Shown here: in pieces, positions 1-10,564 of the stretch
How the letters are laid out: each line of letters begins with the position of its first letter
Numbering within the stretch: the stretch's first letter is position 1
Assembly: GCA_021788365.1 (NCBI GenBank)
Contig: JAJYKS010000001.1
Location: 3,887 to 67,886 of the forward strand
DNA length: 64,000 bases
Source: a bacterium
GTDB taxonomy: Bacteria > Patescibacteriota > Microgenomatia > UBA1400 > UBA12108
Direction of reading: 5' to 3'
Made by a program: the position numbers and the translations under genes
The notes under the pieces: generated by a model
Databases searched by the model: none
What the model was told of the DNA's origin: nothing
What the model saw: the letters and a program-made list of their open reading frames with translations, nothing else

Positions 1-592
1 GGGGTAGGCCACCCACAAAAAATTGTGTGGCTTCGACGTTGGAGTAGCGATTGGTCTTTTCTACCATTTGCTCCAAAGAAGCATCTTTGTGGTGCTCCAT
101 ATGGCTACTCAGCGTACCGAACGTGCCTTTCACGAAAGGAAGAGCATGTATATCGTGCGGCCAGTCGACGAAATCAAGTTTATGGAAAAGTCGCGCAACA
201 AGATCGTTGCCGAAACCACCATGTCGGAGTGGGTATCCAAGAGAATAGTTGCGGCGGGGGAGATAAAACGCAGAGATACTAGAAGAGCGATGAGAGATTC
301 TAGAAATAATTTCCTTGGCGAGGGCGGGAGTCACAATCTCGTCGTAGTCCATAACCAGGACCCAGTCCCCTGCCGCTTCGCGCACCTGGCGGGCACGAAT
401 TTCTTCGACGACTTTTGGTGTTCGCACTTCTACAACCTTTGCGCGGTATTTCTTGAAAAGAGTGCGGGCGGCACTATCGCTGCGCTCCATATTGAAAATA
501 ATAAGCTCGTCGGCAAAACGTACTGATTCGAGCATCCTAGCAAAGATAGTGAGATCGTCCTCACGAGCTATCTGGGTGCTAACGGTGAGCAT
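1..592 (-). CDS. GT2 glycosyltransferase (beta-1,4-glucosyltransferase-like), 3' end outside the window
   Basis: Not in the ORF track. Manual minus-strand translation from ATG 592 gives MLTVSTQIARED...GDWVLVMDYDEIVTPALAKEI...PRRNYSLG...IHALP, with a DxDE motif and open to the window edge. Confidence 0.85.
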   Translation of the reverse strand, partial: MLTVSTQIAREDDLTIFARMLESVRFADELIIFNMERSDSAARTLFKKYRAKVVEVRTPKVVEEIRARQVREAAGDWVLVMDYDEIVTPALAKEIISRISHRSSSISAFYLPRRNYSLGYPLRHGGFGNDLVARLFHKLDFVDWPHDIHALPFVKGTFGTLSSHMEHHKDASLEQMVEKTNRYSNVEATQFFVGGLP

Positions 593-2066
593 AGGCTGCC
601 CTTCGCACACCCACATACGTTGGCGTTGTGACAACAACGCGATCACCCGTGGGAATGTACTTTTCGTCTGCTGTGGCCATTAATGCGTTTACGTCGTGCG
701 CGCCAAGATAGGCGCGGAATTCGTCTATGTTGTAGAAGAACCGCACCGTCCCAGCCGTGTAGTAATAGGTAATGGCGGGCATCCCACCATAGCGAAAGCT
801 GCTTGATAAGCGTGCTGTAGTTGGCAAGACTGCCATTGCTTCCCGCTCCGAGGGAGGCACAAGGACGGCAAGCTCACCACTTCCCAATTTGCTCATCTCC
901 ATGGCAACTTCGATACGGTCTGGTGCGGGGACTGAGGCTTTTCCAAACTCAACAGATTTCGATGCGATAAATAGTGCTTGCACTGCAACGCCGACTGCAA
1001 GGATTGTGACAACACGGTGTGCAGCAACGCTTTCACCCCAACGGGCTATAGCCTCGGCTATAACGAGTGCGATGGCTGGGTATATGGGGAGAATGTACCA
1101 AAAGAGGCGAGTTTTGGCGAGGGTGAAGACAGCGAGTGGCATGAGGAGCCACCATAGTAAAGTTATTGGAAATAGATTACGGCGGACTGTATCAAAAAAT
1201 GGTTTTTTGCTACGGAGGCGTAGCAGCAAGCTGGCAACTCCAATACTAAGCACCGTGAGCGCCCCAATGCCAAGGTTTTGATAGAGATATACGAGATAGT
1301 ACCACCGCGATTCAAAGTGAAATTCTATTTGGGTACTGGCACGCTGAATGACTTGTTCTAAGAGGTATGGCTGGTAGAATTCCCGACCATACGCAAAAAG
1401 AGCATAAAGGTGCCAGGGAAGGGTGAAAATTAGTATATAGAATATCGTATTTCGTATATAGCGAAAACTTTTGGGGAAAAATAAAGGCGCGGCAATGATG
1501 ACTGCCAGGAAGCCATCGAGTCCCTTGAACCAAACGGCGCCGGCTACGGCTGCTGCCACCCACCATGCGGGCTTGTTTTCGAGGAGGAAAAGGACGGTAG
1601 TCGTAATACCAGCTAGTAGCGGCATGTCGGTATTGACTGCGCGTGTCCGCTGCAAAAATAACGATAGCGTCGCGAGTATCCCAGCGGCAAGCAGCCCGTG
1701 CCGCCAAGAGCCGAGGTGCGTACCAATGCGATAGACAATGTACAGTGTGTAGATTGCAAATAGTGGCATGAGGAGCCGGGCGCCAAGCGCGGTAGGGCCC
1801 GTGAGGGCAATGCCGATCGCAGAAACCCAGGCTATACCGGGCGGCTTTTCGAACCACACGGCACCATTCCAAAATGAGACAAAAAGATTTTTGCGGATGA
1901 GGAGCTCGCGGCCCAGTTCGCCGTAGATACCTTCGTCCCAATCGAAGAGATAATCGCGACCAAGATGGGTATAGAGGATGGCGGCTAGCGCAACGAGAAA
2001 TATGGCAAAAAACCAATAGTGCCAATTACTTTTTAGTTTTTGCCACAAGGGCGAAGATTTTGTCAT
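579..2066 (-). CDS. ArnT/PMT-like GT-C membrane glycosyltransferase
   Basis: FDWDEGIY and FEKPPG motifs, about 12 TM segments, TRLFWYILPIYP. Confidence 0.88.
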   Translation of the reverse strand: MTKSSPLWQKLKSNWHYWFFAIFLVALAAILYTHLGRDYLFDWDEGIYGELGRELLIRKNLFVSFWNGAVWFEKPPGIAWVSAIGIALTGPTALGARLLMPLFAIYTLYIVYRIGTHLGSWRHGLLAAGILATLSLFLQRTRAVNTDMPLLAGITTTVLFLLENKPAWWVAAAVAGAVWFKGLDGFLAVIIAAPLFFPKSFRYIRNTIFYILIFTLPWHLYALFAYGREFYQPYLLEQVIQRASTQIEFHFESRWYYLVYLYQNLGIGALTVLSIGVASLLLRLRSKKPFFDTVRRNLFPITLLWWLLMPLAVFTLAKTRLFWYILPIYPAIALVIAEAIARWGESVAAHRVVTILAVGVAVQALFIASKSVEFGKASVPAPDRIEVAMEMSKLGSGELAVLVPPSEREAMAVLPTTARLSSSFRYGGMPAITYYYTAGTVRFFYNIDEFRAYLGAHDVNALMATADEKYIPTGDRVVVTTPTYVGVRRAAYAHR

Positions 2067-2976
2067 TCTGATTACCCATTTTACCAGTAAGATAATCGAA
2101 AAACGCCATACGGCGAATGGGGCTGCTCCAGTTACGGGTTAGTGCTTCTTTTATGAGTGCCAAAAATAGGCGGAAGGTGCCATACCGGCGACCGATATAA
2201 AAGCGGTTGCGGGTAATGTAATAGTCGACGAGCGGGCTCCCCGCGACGGTGGAAGAAGAGTTGCGGTGGTATACCACGAGGGTGGGATTGTACATAACCT
2301 CTATCCCTGCTTTCTTGGCTTTGAGGCAGTAGTCGGAATCTTCGAGGTAGAGAAAAAAGGGCTCATCCAAGAAACCGATTTTTTTGAATACCTGTCGAGG
2401 GATAGCGATGAAACAGCCGGTAATAAAATCGACCGGCTTTGCATGATCGTACTGGCCATTATCCACCTCGTCTACACCGTAGTGGCGGGCGACAACACTC
2501 GTCCAGTCGAAGTAACCACCCGCGTACCAGATGATATTCCCCTGCCCTTTTTGCGGTTCATGGTATTCGAAACCCTTGGCGTAGTAGATCTTGCCACCTG
2601 CGATTCGATTCTTGCCGGCCACATACCGATAGGCGCGGAAAAAGAGATTGGGATCGACCACCGTATCGTTGTTTAAGATATAGACGACCTGGGCGCCCAT
2701 TTTCAATGCCTTCTTGGCTCCGATATTGTTGGCGACGGAAAAGCCGACGTTTTCGCCGACGATGAGGTCGATGTTGGGGCAGGCAGCTTTTAGTTCGTCT
2801 ACACACTCTTTGGACGAACCATTGTCTACCACGATTATGTAGGGTGCGTCTTTGCATTTCTCGATGCTACGCACGCAGAGGATGGTATCCTCGGCTTTTT
2901 TGTAGTTTATAAGGACAACGGCGTGTTTTGGGCCATGGGCCCATCGGCCTTTGGCCGATATTTTCTTTTTCTTCAT
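2026..2976 (-). CDS. GT2 glycosyltransferase (rhamnosyltransferase-like)
   Basis: VVDNGS, GFSVANNIG, LNNDT, GFLDEPFFLYLEDSDYC. Confidence 0.9.
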   Translation of the reverse strand: MKKKKISAKGRWAHGPKHAVVLINYKKAEDTILCVRSIEKCKDAPYIIVVDNGSSKECVDELKAACPNIDLIVGENVGFSVANNIGAKKALKMGAQVVYILNNDTVVDPNLFFRAYRYVAGKNRIAGGKIYYAKGFEYHEPQKGQGNIIWYAGGYFDWTSVVARHYGVDEVDNGQYDHAKPVDFITGCFIAIPRQVFKKIGFLDEPFFLYLEDSDYCLKAKKAGIEVMYNPTLVVYHRNSSSTVAGSPLVDYYITRNRFYIGRRYGTFRLFLALIKEALTRNWSSPIRRMAFFDYLTGKMGNQNDKIFALVAKTKK

Positions 2977-4628
2977 AGCCCCTTCGCTAGCTTTAGTGCT
3001 TTACGATGTGCACGGTGAAGAAGCTTGGTGGCGCCGGTGGTACTTTCAATCGCCAAAGTGGTAAGCCAGTAGGTGAGTTCGTTACCCTTGCCGCGAAGCG
3101 ACGCAAATAATGTTCGTGTTTCTTCGGTTGTCAGTTCTTTTCGCTTCCCTTGTAGCTCCCACAAGTAGACGTACGCCAATAGCGTCTGCGCTCCCATCAT
3201 GGCGGATAAGATGAGGCCATACATACCGTCTTTCCACCCCTCGGTGAGGAAGAAGCGGCGCATAAATTCACTCATGGGTTTCCCCAGCAGGTCGAGTGAG
3301 GTGAATTTCACCCCTTCGGTATTTAAGATGTTTGCGTACTCGCGGGGATACTCCACCATGTTCTTGACGACAAACTCCGACACCGTGTCGTAGTTGTGGT
3401 GGGCGAGATTTCCTGTTGCCGTTGCCGTGGTGCCGTTACCCTTTATAAAACCGGCCCGCTCGTGTACATCACCCGTGAACTGCACCATTTTGGGGCGGAA
3501 GAAGACAAGGCGATAATCGGGATACCAGTCGCTGTGCTCGATCCATTTCCCAAAGATTTGGTTCTTACGCGGGACTTTGACGCCGTCTAAGTAAATATCT
3601 TTAGCGAAAAACTGCAGTTCTTTGGCGAGTTGCTTCTCTACCACTTCGTCAGCGTCGACCATCAAGACCCAGTTGTAGGTGGCCACCTTCGACAGTGCAA
3701 AATTACGCTGCGCGGCGAAGGTATCCAGCTCGCGGGCAAGGATGGTAACTTTGGGAAATTTCTTTCCGCCATAGGCGGATCGGCCTATGGCCGAGGCTAT
3801 TGCCAGGGTCTTGTCCGTACTGCCCGAGTCGATTATGTAGATGTCCGATACCCAGGAAAGTGATTTGAGGCAGCTTTCCAGATCCTTTTCTTCGTTTTTG
3901 GTCAAAACAACGGCCGCAATTGTTGGCTTGAGCGTCTTTTTCTTCCATGAACTGGCCTGGAAGTGATAGGAATAAGAATCCTCTGCGGTCCCGAACTCGT
4001 AGCCTTTTTTGAGTGCGGCCTGCACGTAGAGATAGTCGTTTGACACGGCGGTACTCGTGCCAAACTTGCCGGCCGTGGGGTAGTGACCGAGTGCGTCGTA
4101 GTCTTCTCGCTTCTGCAGCATGGGGATAAAGAACCCATCCTCGACGAATCCTGTTGCTTTCCGCCCTTTGCACCAAGCTATGAACTCGCTCTCCTTAAAT
4201 TCCGAGGGGAGTACGCCAAAGTCTTTTTGGATGTTGGTTTTGTACACAGGGATGATCCCCGGCTCCACTAATCTGCCGGAAATGAGGCGTTTGGGTTGCC
4301 AATACTTTAAGAGATTACTGTCCCAGTGCGGGGCAAAATATTGGTCGTCGGTCGCGAATACTAGCCAGTCGGTCGTTGCGACTTCGGCGCCACGGTTCCA
4401 GTTCCCGTACGGCCCAAGATTGTCTTTGTTTACCCACGCCTTGACCCCATGTTTTTTGCAGACTTTGAGAATATCCTGATTTACTTTGCCGGTGTTCATG
4501 TCTGGGTCTACGACAATCACGAATTCCACTTCGCAATCGCTGTTCTTCTTGATACTTTCTATGGCAAGGTCCAATTCTTCCCAGGCGTTGACAGTGGGGA
4601 TAATGACGCTCACTTTTTCTTTTTTCAT
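2973..4628 (-). CDS. tandem two-domain GT2 glycosyltransferase
   Basis: N-domain VSVIIPT...FATDDQY; C-domain VLTKNEE...DSGSTD...QRNFAL...DADE. Confidence 0.88.
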   Translation of the reverse strand: MKKEKVSVIIPTVNAWEELDLAIESIKKNSDCEVEFVIVVDPDMNTGKVNQDILKVCKKHGVKAWVNKDNLGPYGNWNRGAEVATTDWLVFATDDQYFAPHWDSNLLKYWQPKRLISGRLVEPGIIPVYKTNIQKDFGVLPSEFKESEFIAWCKGRKATGFVEDGFFIPMLQKREDYDALGHYPTAGKFGTSTAVSNDYLYVQAALKKGYEFGTAEDSYSYHFQASSWKKKTLKPTIAAVVLTKNEEKDLESCLKSLSWVSDIYIIDSGSTDKTLAIASAIGRSAYGGKKFPKVTILARELDTFAAQRNFALSKVATYNWVLMVDADEVVEKQLAKELQFFAKDIYLDGVKVPRKNQIFGKWIEHSDWYPDYRLVFFRPKMVQFTGDVHERAGFIKGNGTTATATGNLAHHNYDTVSEFVVKNMVEYPREYANILNTEGVKFTSLDLLGKPMSEFMRRFFLTEGWKDGMYGLILSAMMGAQTLLAYVYLWELQGKRKELTTEETRTLFASLRGKGNELTYWLTTLAIESTTGATKLLHRAHRKALKLAKGL

Positions 4629-6145
4629 ATACGGTGCTCCTCTTTTTCTAGCGTGGCTTCAAGTTCGGCGGCTTTGTTGCTTTTTCCAATCATCCCCCAC
4701 CAATTTACAAATTCGACTCTAATCCGCTCACGATCTATGGCAAGGATGACCAGTGTATATGTTACCACCCCTATAACAACGGTGGCTACCAGTGTCACCA
4801 GGTCGTGCGTGATCACCCTATTGGCGAGATAGGTGACCGCGGACATGACGAGTGCGGCATACAGCGGCTTTTTAACCGAGTTCCATGTTTCTACGTGTAC
4901 CACCCTATTCATTGCGTAGACGACGAACGGTAGGGTCGTGTAGGTAATAATGAGGCCTGCAATCGCGATACCCACAAAGCCGTAGCGGTGGATGAGCGGG
5001 AGCCCTAGTCCCCATGTCATGGCCGTGTAGACAACCATAAATAGGAGCACAATCTTGGGACGACCCAGGGCGTAGAGCGCGTTGGTGTATGTCGTCGTTA
5101 CAATAATCGGGAAGGCTCCCGCCAGGAAAAGAAGAAGTGTGGGCAGGGCCGGCAGCCATTTGGCGCTCTTGTCGGCGTACAAATACTGCAATATGCCAGG
5201 TGCGACTATGAGCAGCCCCGCGATCATCGGCATGTAGATGTACGCCATGAACGATACCGATTTTTCGATCCAGCGCTTGATACGCGGTTTATCATGCTGG
5301 ATGCGGGAGTAGGCGGGGAACATAACACGAGAAACAATATCGATGATCTCCATGGGACGTGTGGCAATATTTTCTGCGAGGGTCACGAAGCCAACTGCGG
5401 CAGGCCCAAACCAAAAGGCAATGACGGTCGGGGTTATGTTGTCTTTGAGGAGGGACAGCGCGGAGTTGAGCTGGTACGGGACGCCGAAATGCAGAAGCTC
5501 GTGAGCGGAGGTGCGCGAGATGTGCCACCCAATTTTCCATGGACGTAGTAGGTTCAAGGTCACCGCGCCTACAACGCTACGCACTACAACGGCGATGACC
5601 AGACTCCACACACCATAGCCAGAAAGCGCCATGACGACGGCGATCGCGTCGTACGTCAACGATTCGACGATGTCGGGGATTATGAGTATGTCGAATTTGA
5701 GCTGACGCTCGAGCATAATTGAAGGAATAGTCTTGAATGACGTCACAAACAGGGAAAGCGAGAGCACGCGGATGAGCCAGACACCTTGTGCTCCAAGGTT
5801 ATACGCGCCAGCCAGGTATGGTGCGGCGATCCATGCGGCAGCAAGGAGCGCAGTCACTAAAAGCTGTTGGATGGTAAAGGTAGTCTCCGCATCTTCCTGG
5901 GTAATCTCTTCTTTCTTTTGGATAAGGGCAGCACCGAAGCCGACGTCAGAGAAGAACGAAAGGAAGGTAAAGACGATAAAGCTGACAATACCAAAGATGC
6001 CATATGCACTTGTCGACAGGGCGCGAGCTAGAAATATGACGGCGACGGTGTCAAAAACTTTAAGGATGAGCCTACGAAATGTTAGGGTAAATACCCCCTT
6101 GAATGCGCGAGATTTAAGATGTTCTAGATCAATTGATTCTGCCAT
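4625..6145 (-). CDS. wzx: Wzx/PST-family polysaccharide flippase
   Basis: LARAL...YG, DVGFGAALIQKK, GYGVWSLV, about 13 TM segments. Confidence 0.85.
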   Translation of the reverse strand: MAESIDLEHLKSRAFKGVFTLTFRRLILKVFDTVAVIFLARALSTSAYGIFGIVSFIVFTFLSFFSDVGFGAALIQKKEEITQEDAETTFTIQQLLVTALLAAAWIAAPYLAGAYNLGAQGVWLIRVLSLSLFVTSFKTIPSIMLERQLKFDILIIPDIVESLTYDAIAVVMALSGYGVWSLVIAVVVRSVVGAVTLNLLRPWKIGWHISRTSAHELLHFGVPYQLNSALSLLKDNITPTVIAFWFGPAAVGFVTLAENIATRPMEIIDIVSRVMFPAYSRIQHDKPRIKRWIEKSVSFMAYIYMPMIAGLLIVAPGILQYLYADKSAKWLPALPTLLLFLAGAFPIIVTTTYTNALYALGRPKIVLLFMVVYTAMTWGLGLPLIHRYGFVGIAIAGLIITYTTLPFVVYAMNRVVHVETWNSVKKPLYAALVMSAVTYLANRVITHDLVTLVATVVIGVVTYTLVILAIDRERIRVEFVNWWGMIGKSNKAAELEATLEKEEHRI

Positions 6146-7521
6146 TATTCCAAAATCCCCCGAGCCGATAGCGTAAACTCACCTGCTCTTGGCATATTCC
6201 CGTATTCTACCTGCAACGAGGCATTGTTGCATAGGACCCGTGGACCGTTTTCCCCTGATAGTGCGTAGGAGACTTCGAGCGGCGACGTGCCGGTGCCTAC
6301 AATATCCCAGGAACTTTCGCTACACGCGTGTGTTGCTTGTATCATTTGCTCTGCCCGCACCGCCATGTCGGCACGCTTTATTGTCCAGTGTGTTTTTATG
6401 GAGAGCTGCACGGCAACAGCCGAGACCACGACCATTCCTGTAGCGATCGCAAGTTGTCTCCAACCTTTTAGTGGCGAGAGCAATAATATGAGGAGTGGCA
6501 CTAAACCAACATCCAGGTAATGAGGATAGTAGTGAGCAGGAATAGCTACGACCGGCGCGATCCCGACGAGCCACCATAGGAAGAGTACGGCGCTTTGCCG
6601 GCGAGCCACTTCGTCCCCCCTTATTACCAAGAGCGCGGTCCATATCATTACAATGGACGAGATGACGAGGCTCCATACGGTGACGACTCCAGCCTCTATA
6701 CCAAAATCGCTAAAAAATTGGCGGAAATTTACCGCTAAGTGCGGGGCAGCGTAGGAGGTCACAAGTTCGGGGAGGCCAAACGGGAACCACCAATACCAAC
6801 GCAGACCGCCGATTACGTTGGTGCCAAAGATCATGTGGTAATCGGATTGGACGTGGATGCCGGCGGATAATCGGAGAAGTAGGTAGCAAGTAGCAAGAAT
6901 TATGTAAGGAACAAAATTGACAAAATATTTCTTATTGACGATGCGAAAGCCATTTTGATATTGGGTGAGGAGGAAGGCGACTACGGGTGTGACGATGGCC
7001 GTTTCTTTGGCAAGCAGTCCAATGCCAAAAAACAGGGCGGAGCGCCAGAATTTTTTATCGAGAAAGTAGTTTAACGAAAGGAGGCTGAAACAGGCCGCCA
7101 AAAGTTCTTGCGTGGCGGCGATGTAAAAAAGACTTAGAAAATGTACTGCCGAGGTCGCGTACAGAAGACCTACCAGAACCGCGAGACGTGAGTTTTTTGT
7201 CAATTTCTCTACTAACCGCAATACGAGGTAGGCATTTGCTGCTTGTATAAGCACCATGAAACCATGCATCGCGAGCGGGGCGCGGCTTAGACCAAAGAGC
7301 AGCACACTCAGATAATAGTAGAGTTGGGTACCTAAGGGACGATAGAAGGCAAAACCTGATTGTGCAAACGGCGAGAAAAACGCAAATACCTCACCGATAT
7401 TTTTGGCGTGACTAATGGAGAGAAAATAAAAATCATCCTGGGAAAAGCCATACTTTAGCGATAAGCCATACATGGCAAATGTCGCAAGTAGCATGAGCAA
7501 AAAACGCTTTATGTTAGACAT
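6145..7521 (-). CDS. GT-C-like membrane glycosyltransferase
   Basis: QDDF, FYRPL and LLAKETA motifs; multi-TM. Confidence 0.75.
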   Translation of the reverse strand: MSNIKRFLLMLLATFAMYGLSLKYGFSQDDFYFLSISHAKNIGEVFAFFSPFAQSGFAFYRPLGTQLYYYLSVLLFGLSRAPLAMHGFMVLIQAANAYLVLRLVEKLTKNSRLAVLVGLLYATSAVHFLSLFYIAATQELLAACFSLLSLNYFLDKKFWRSALFFGIGLLAKETAIVTPVVAFLLTQYQNGFRIVNKKYFVNFVPYIILATCYLLLRLSAGIHVQSDYHMIFGTNVIGGLRWYWWFPFGLPELVTSYAAPHLAVNFRQFFSDFGIEAGVVTVWSLVISSIVMIWTALLVIRGDEVARRQSAVLFLWWLVGIAPVVAIPAHYYPHYLDVGLVPLLILLLSPLKGWRQLAIATGMVVVSAVAVQLSIKTHWTIKRADMAVRAEQMIQATHACSESSWDIVGTGTSPLEVSYALSGENGPRVLCNNASLQVEYGNMPRAGEFTLSARGILE

Positions 7522-9049
7522 ATTCGCTATCCTCCCACCAAGCGTATAGCCAAATCAGTGTCACCGCCGAGACCGCAAGTCCGACCCACTCCAGGGTGGT
7601 GTGCCCCTGCCAGAGCGTTAGGGTGTGTGAACCCGTTGGCACGTAGAGCGCAATCAAGCCAGACGAATCCGGCGCGAGGGTGACTTGTGTGTTATCGAGC
7701 GAGGCAAACCAAGTGGGATAGTAGGCGCGTGGCAACGAGATCCAGCCTGGACCGGTTACTGTTTTGGGAATACTTCTGGCTGCTTGTGGCGGTGTCTCCG
7801 GCATCCATCGCGGCATATATTCGGGAATAACATTGGCGACAGTTGCGAGGTATACTGAAGACGTATACGCCGAATCTGAGCCAGCAAACGTTGTTTGTGG
7901 AACGAAATATTTATAGCCAAACCAGAAGCAGGAGCCGATCGTGAGGATTGCTACTATCCCTTTTACGGATCGTGGAAGGAGCGCTACTACCGCCCCGCTC
8001 GATACGGCGACACCGAGGCCAACAAGCGTCAGAAACCGCCACGGAAACTGCACCATAGGTAGGAATGGCACGTGATCCCACACGATCTGGGAATAGCTTG
8101 TTGTCATGTACGCGGCAAACGCTGAGAGCCCAACGAAAAACGCCGCTCTTTTTGACCTGCAAAATATCGCGAGTACAGCTGCTCCCGCAGTTGCCAAAAC
8201 CTGTACTTTGCCAATCTTGAATGACATGCCGTCTATCGGGCCGGGTGCGGAGCCCCCATAGCCCCACACACTATTCCACAACTGGCTGAGATAGACAAAA
8301 TGCAGGTGAAAGTCGGAGCGTAATGCGACTGTATCCACCTGTACGAATGAGCGCTCGAATACGAGACTTACCCAATACCAGGCTGTAATAAGCAGCGTAA
8401 TGGCGCCCGCAAAGAATAATCTCGACATACGTTTGCGGTTGCCCCCTATTGCCCATACTGCGAGAAATGGCGCAGCCATAATCGGAATGAGGTTGTGGGA
8501 CAAAATAAACAGCGACCCTACGACTATCGCGTTCCTTACATCGCTTCCCGAGCGAAGATGTTCCCAGGTGGCGAATACCCACGGCAGGAGTGCCATTGCG
8601 GCATATTCGGCGAAGGCACCACGGACATAGATATTTACTGCGGCGTACGGCAAGAGCATGTACGATGCGGCGGCAACCGTTGCTGCCCAGCTCCCCCACC
8701 GGCGAGTAAGGTACGCCGCGCCCGACCCGGCAGTCACAAGCAGTGCAAATAGTATTATTTTTAGCGCCACTATATAGCTCCCCACCAACATTTTTACCGC
8801 TAGCGTTAGGTAATAGACCAGGGGTGCATAAAACTGGAAAAGCGGATAACCGTAGCCGTTGTTTATGCCGAATGCCCATAGGGCTGGGATTTGACCGCTA
8901 TGAAGCGTTTGCTCTAAAAGGTAAGTTCGGGCGATGTGTGTGGTGTCGTGCATTGGGTACCAGGTGCTGTTGAGGAGCGGGCGCATGATAAGTAGTGCGA
9001 GCACGACTGCAGTTATGTATGGAAGGGACGATTTAAGACGTGCAAACAT
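7514..9049 (-). CDS. YfhO/PTPS-related GT-C membrane protein
   Basis: HD, GYGYPLFQFYAPL, YVRGAFAE, QFPWRFL and C-terminal YYPTW motifs. Confidence 0.8.
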   Translation of the reverse strand: MFARLKSSLPYITAVVLALLIMRPLLNSTWYPMHDTTHIARTYLLEQTLHSGQIPALWAFGINNGYGYPLFQFYAPLVYYLTLAVKMLVGSYIVALKIILFALLVTAGSGAAYLTRRWGSWAATVAAASYMLLPYAAVNIYVRGAFAEYAAMALLPWVFATWEHLRSGSDVRNAIVVGSLFILSHNLIPIMAAPFLAVWAIGGNRKRMSRLFFAGAITLLITAWYWVSLVFERSFVQVDTVALRSDFHLHFVYLSQLWNSVWGYGGSAPGPIDGMSFKIGKVQVLATAGAAVLAIFCRSKRAAFFVGLSAFAAYMTTSYSQIVWDHVPFLPMVQFPWRFLTLVGLGVAVSSGAVVALLPRSVKGIVAILTIGSCFWFGYKYFVPQTTFAGSDSAYTSSVYLATVANVIPEYMPRWMPETPPQAARSIPKTVTGPGWISLPRAYYPTWFASLDNTQVTLAPDSSGLIALYVPTGSHTLTLWQGHTTLEWVGLAVSAVTLIWLYAWWEDSEYV

Positions 9050-9054
9050 AGTTT

Positions 9055-10557
9055 CTATTTTGCAGCCGGTAGTACATGATACAAACGCATGGGGTTGTCG
9101 CGGAGCTTGGGGTATGAGGCTACGAGTTCTAGGCTGGCAGGAACGGACTTGGGTACCGTATTATTTAGGATAAAATATGTTTCCGGGTCTGTTTTGGCAT
9201 GCGCCGAGGCTACCTTTGGTGGAATTTCGTTTATTGGGTATATGCCAATTATAGAGAGTCCCTGAACTCTGCCATCGGTATATAGCTCCAACCCTTCTGG
9301 CAAAATGCCAAACGTGCCCTCGGTATAGATGGTCATCGGCCTGCCCGTTTCGTGAATGCGAGCAACCGCCCAGTCAGCAATTTGCTTGGTGCCGTTCCCC
9401 GCCGACCAGCCGTTCACGTACCCTTGGTCGACGTCGACAAAGGGAAAATGGATCGGGTCGGTAATGAGCTTTGTCATGAGTATTGCAGGATATATAGACA
9501 AAAGGATAAACACCCCTATTCGGAGGCGTACGGACTTTATCCAGCTGAGCGCGTATCCGACGAACATGAGCAAATATGGCGTTGTAAACACCATATAGCG
9601 GGGTGAATATAGGCGGGCGAGAAGAACCGTGCCAAGGAGTGGGAGTGCAAACCAAGCCTTGGCTACAACCATTTCTTTTGGCTGCTTTCGCCAAAATAGC
9701 CACATACCCCAGATCCCGAATAAAAAGACGGGGATGGTGGTGTAGGCGAAGTGCCAGCGAAAGGTGTCGAGAAGATTGTTCCACACTCTCATGGGGTCTT
9801 TAAAAATTTCGCTGTACGGGACCACAAAAAAGCTATTTTTGTCGGCGATAACATGCATCCAGGGAGATAGCCGCTGGACGTTGTAGATCACTCCTGCAAT
9901 CCCCCATCCAACGAGAACGAGAGCGATATATTTGGCGGTTTCTTTGGTGAAGATGTCTTTCGGCCGGCGAAGCTGTATAAGGTAGGCGGCGGGAATAAGG
10001 AGTAAAAAGAACAGTGACGGCGACTTTACGAGGAGCGCCAGACCCGTGACCATGCCAAGTATAAGCGCGACATCGAGACGACGCGTTTTGGCAAGGAGGA
10101 TCGCGCCGTCAAATACTAAAACCCCAAAGGCAATCATCATCGCTTCTACTACCGCGAAGCGATCGTAGAAAAAGAGAAATGGTGAGACCGAAATAACTAG
10201 CATGGTCCACCAAGATGCCGATTTTTTGCCAGTGAGGAGCCAGACGCCGTAGCCGGACGCCAGGATGGTAACCAAGCCGCAGAGTACGTTCATAAATCGG
10301 CCGGCGACGAGTGGGTCCTTAAAGATTTTCAGGAACGGGATCACCAGCCACATCCACAGCGGCTGTTTGCCGTCTGTCAGACTGATGAAACGCCACGAAG
10401 CGTCGTGCCAGGCGATTTGCGCCCAACGAAGGTACAAAGATTCGTCGACAAAAATGGGTAATCTTGTAAGGTTACGCGAAGCAACAAACAGAAACATTGC
10501 CGAGAGTCCAAGTATCCACACCCATTCTTTGCCTTTTAGCTTTGGAAACCACTGCAT
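9055..10557 (-). CDS. ArnT/PMT-like GT-C membrane glycosyltransferase
   Basis: FVDESLY, DGKQPL, SPRY; multi-TM. Confidence 0.82.
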   Translation of the reverse strand: MQWFPKLKGKEWVWILGLSAMFLFVASRNLTRLPIFVDESLYLRWAQIAWHDASWRFISLTDGKQPLWMWLVIPFLKIFKDPLVAGRFMNVLCGLVTILASGYGVWLLTGKKSASWWTMLVISVSPFLFFYDRFAVVEAMMIAFGVLVFDGAILLAKTRRLDVALILGMVTGLALLVKSPSLFFLLLIPAAYLIQLRRPKDIFTKETAKYIALVLVGWGIAGVIYNVQRLSPWMHVIADKNSFFVVPYSEIFKDPMRVWNNLLDTFRWHFAYTTIPVFLFGIWGMWLFWRKQPKEMVVAKAWFALPLLGTVLLARLYSPRYMVFTTPYLLMFVGYALSWIKSVRLRIGVFILLSIYPAILMTKLITDPIHFPFVDVDQGYVNGWSAGNGTKQIADWAVARIHETGRPMTIYTEGTFGILPEGLELYTDGRVQGLSIIGIYPINEIPPKVASAHAKTDPETYFILNNTVPKSVPASLELVASYPKLRDNPMRLYHVLPAAK

Positions 10558-10564
10558 GAGCTCA

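Noticed and set aside
23-526. 167-aa plus-strand ORF
   Set aside because: It is the shadow of a minus-strand GT2 gene with clear motifs that runs off the window.
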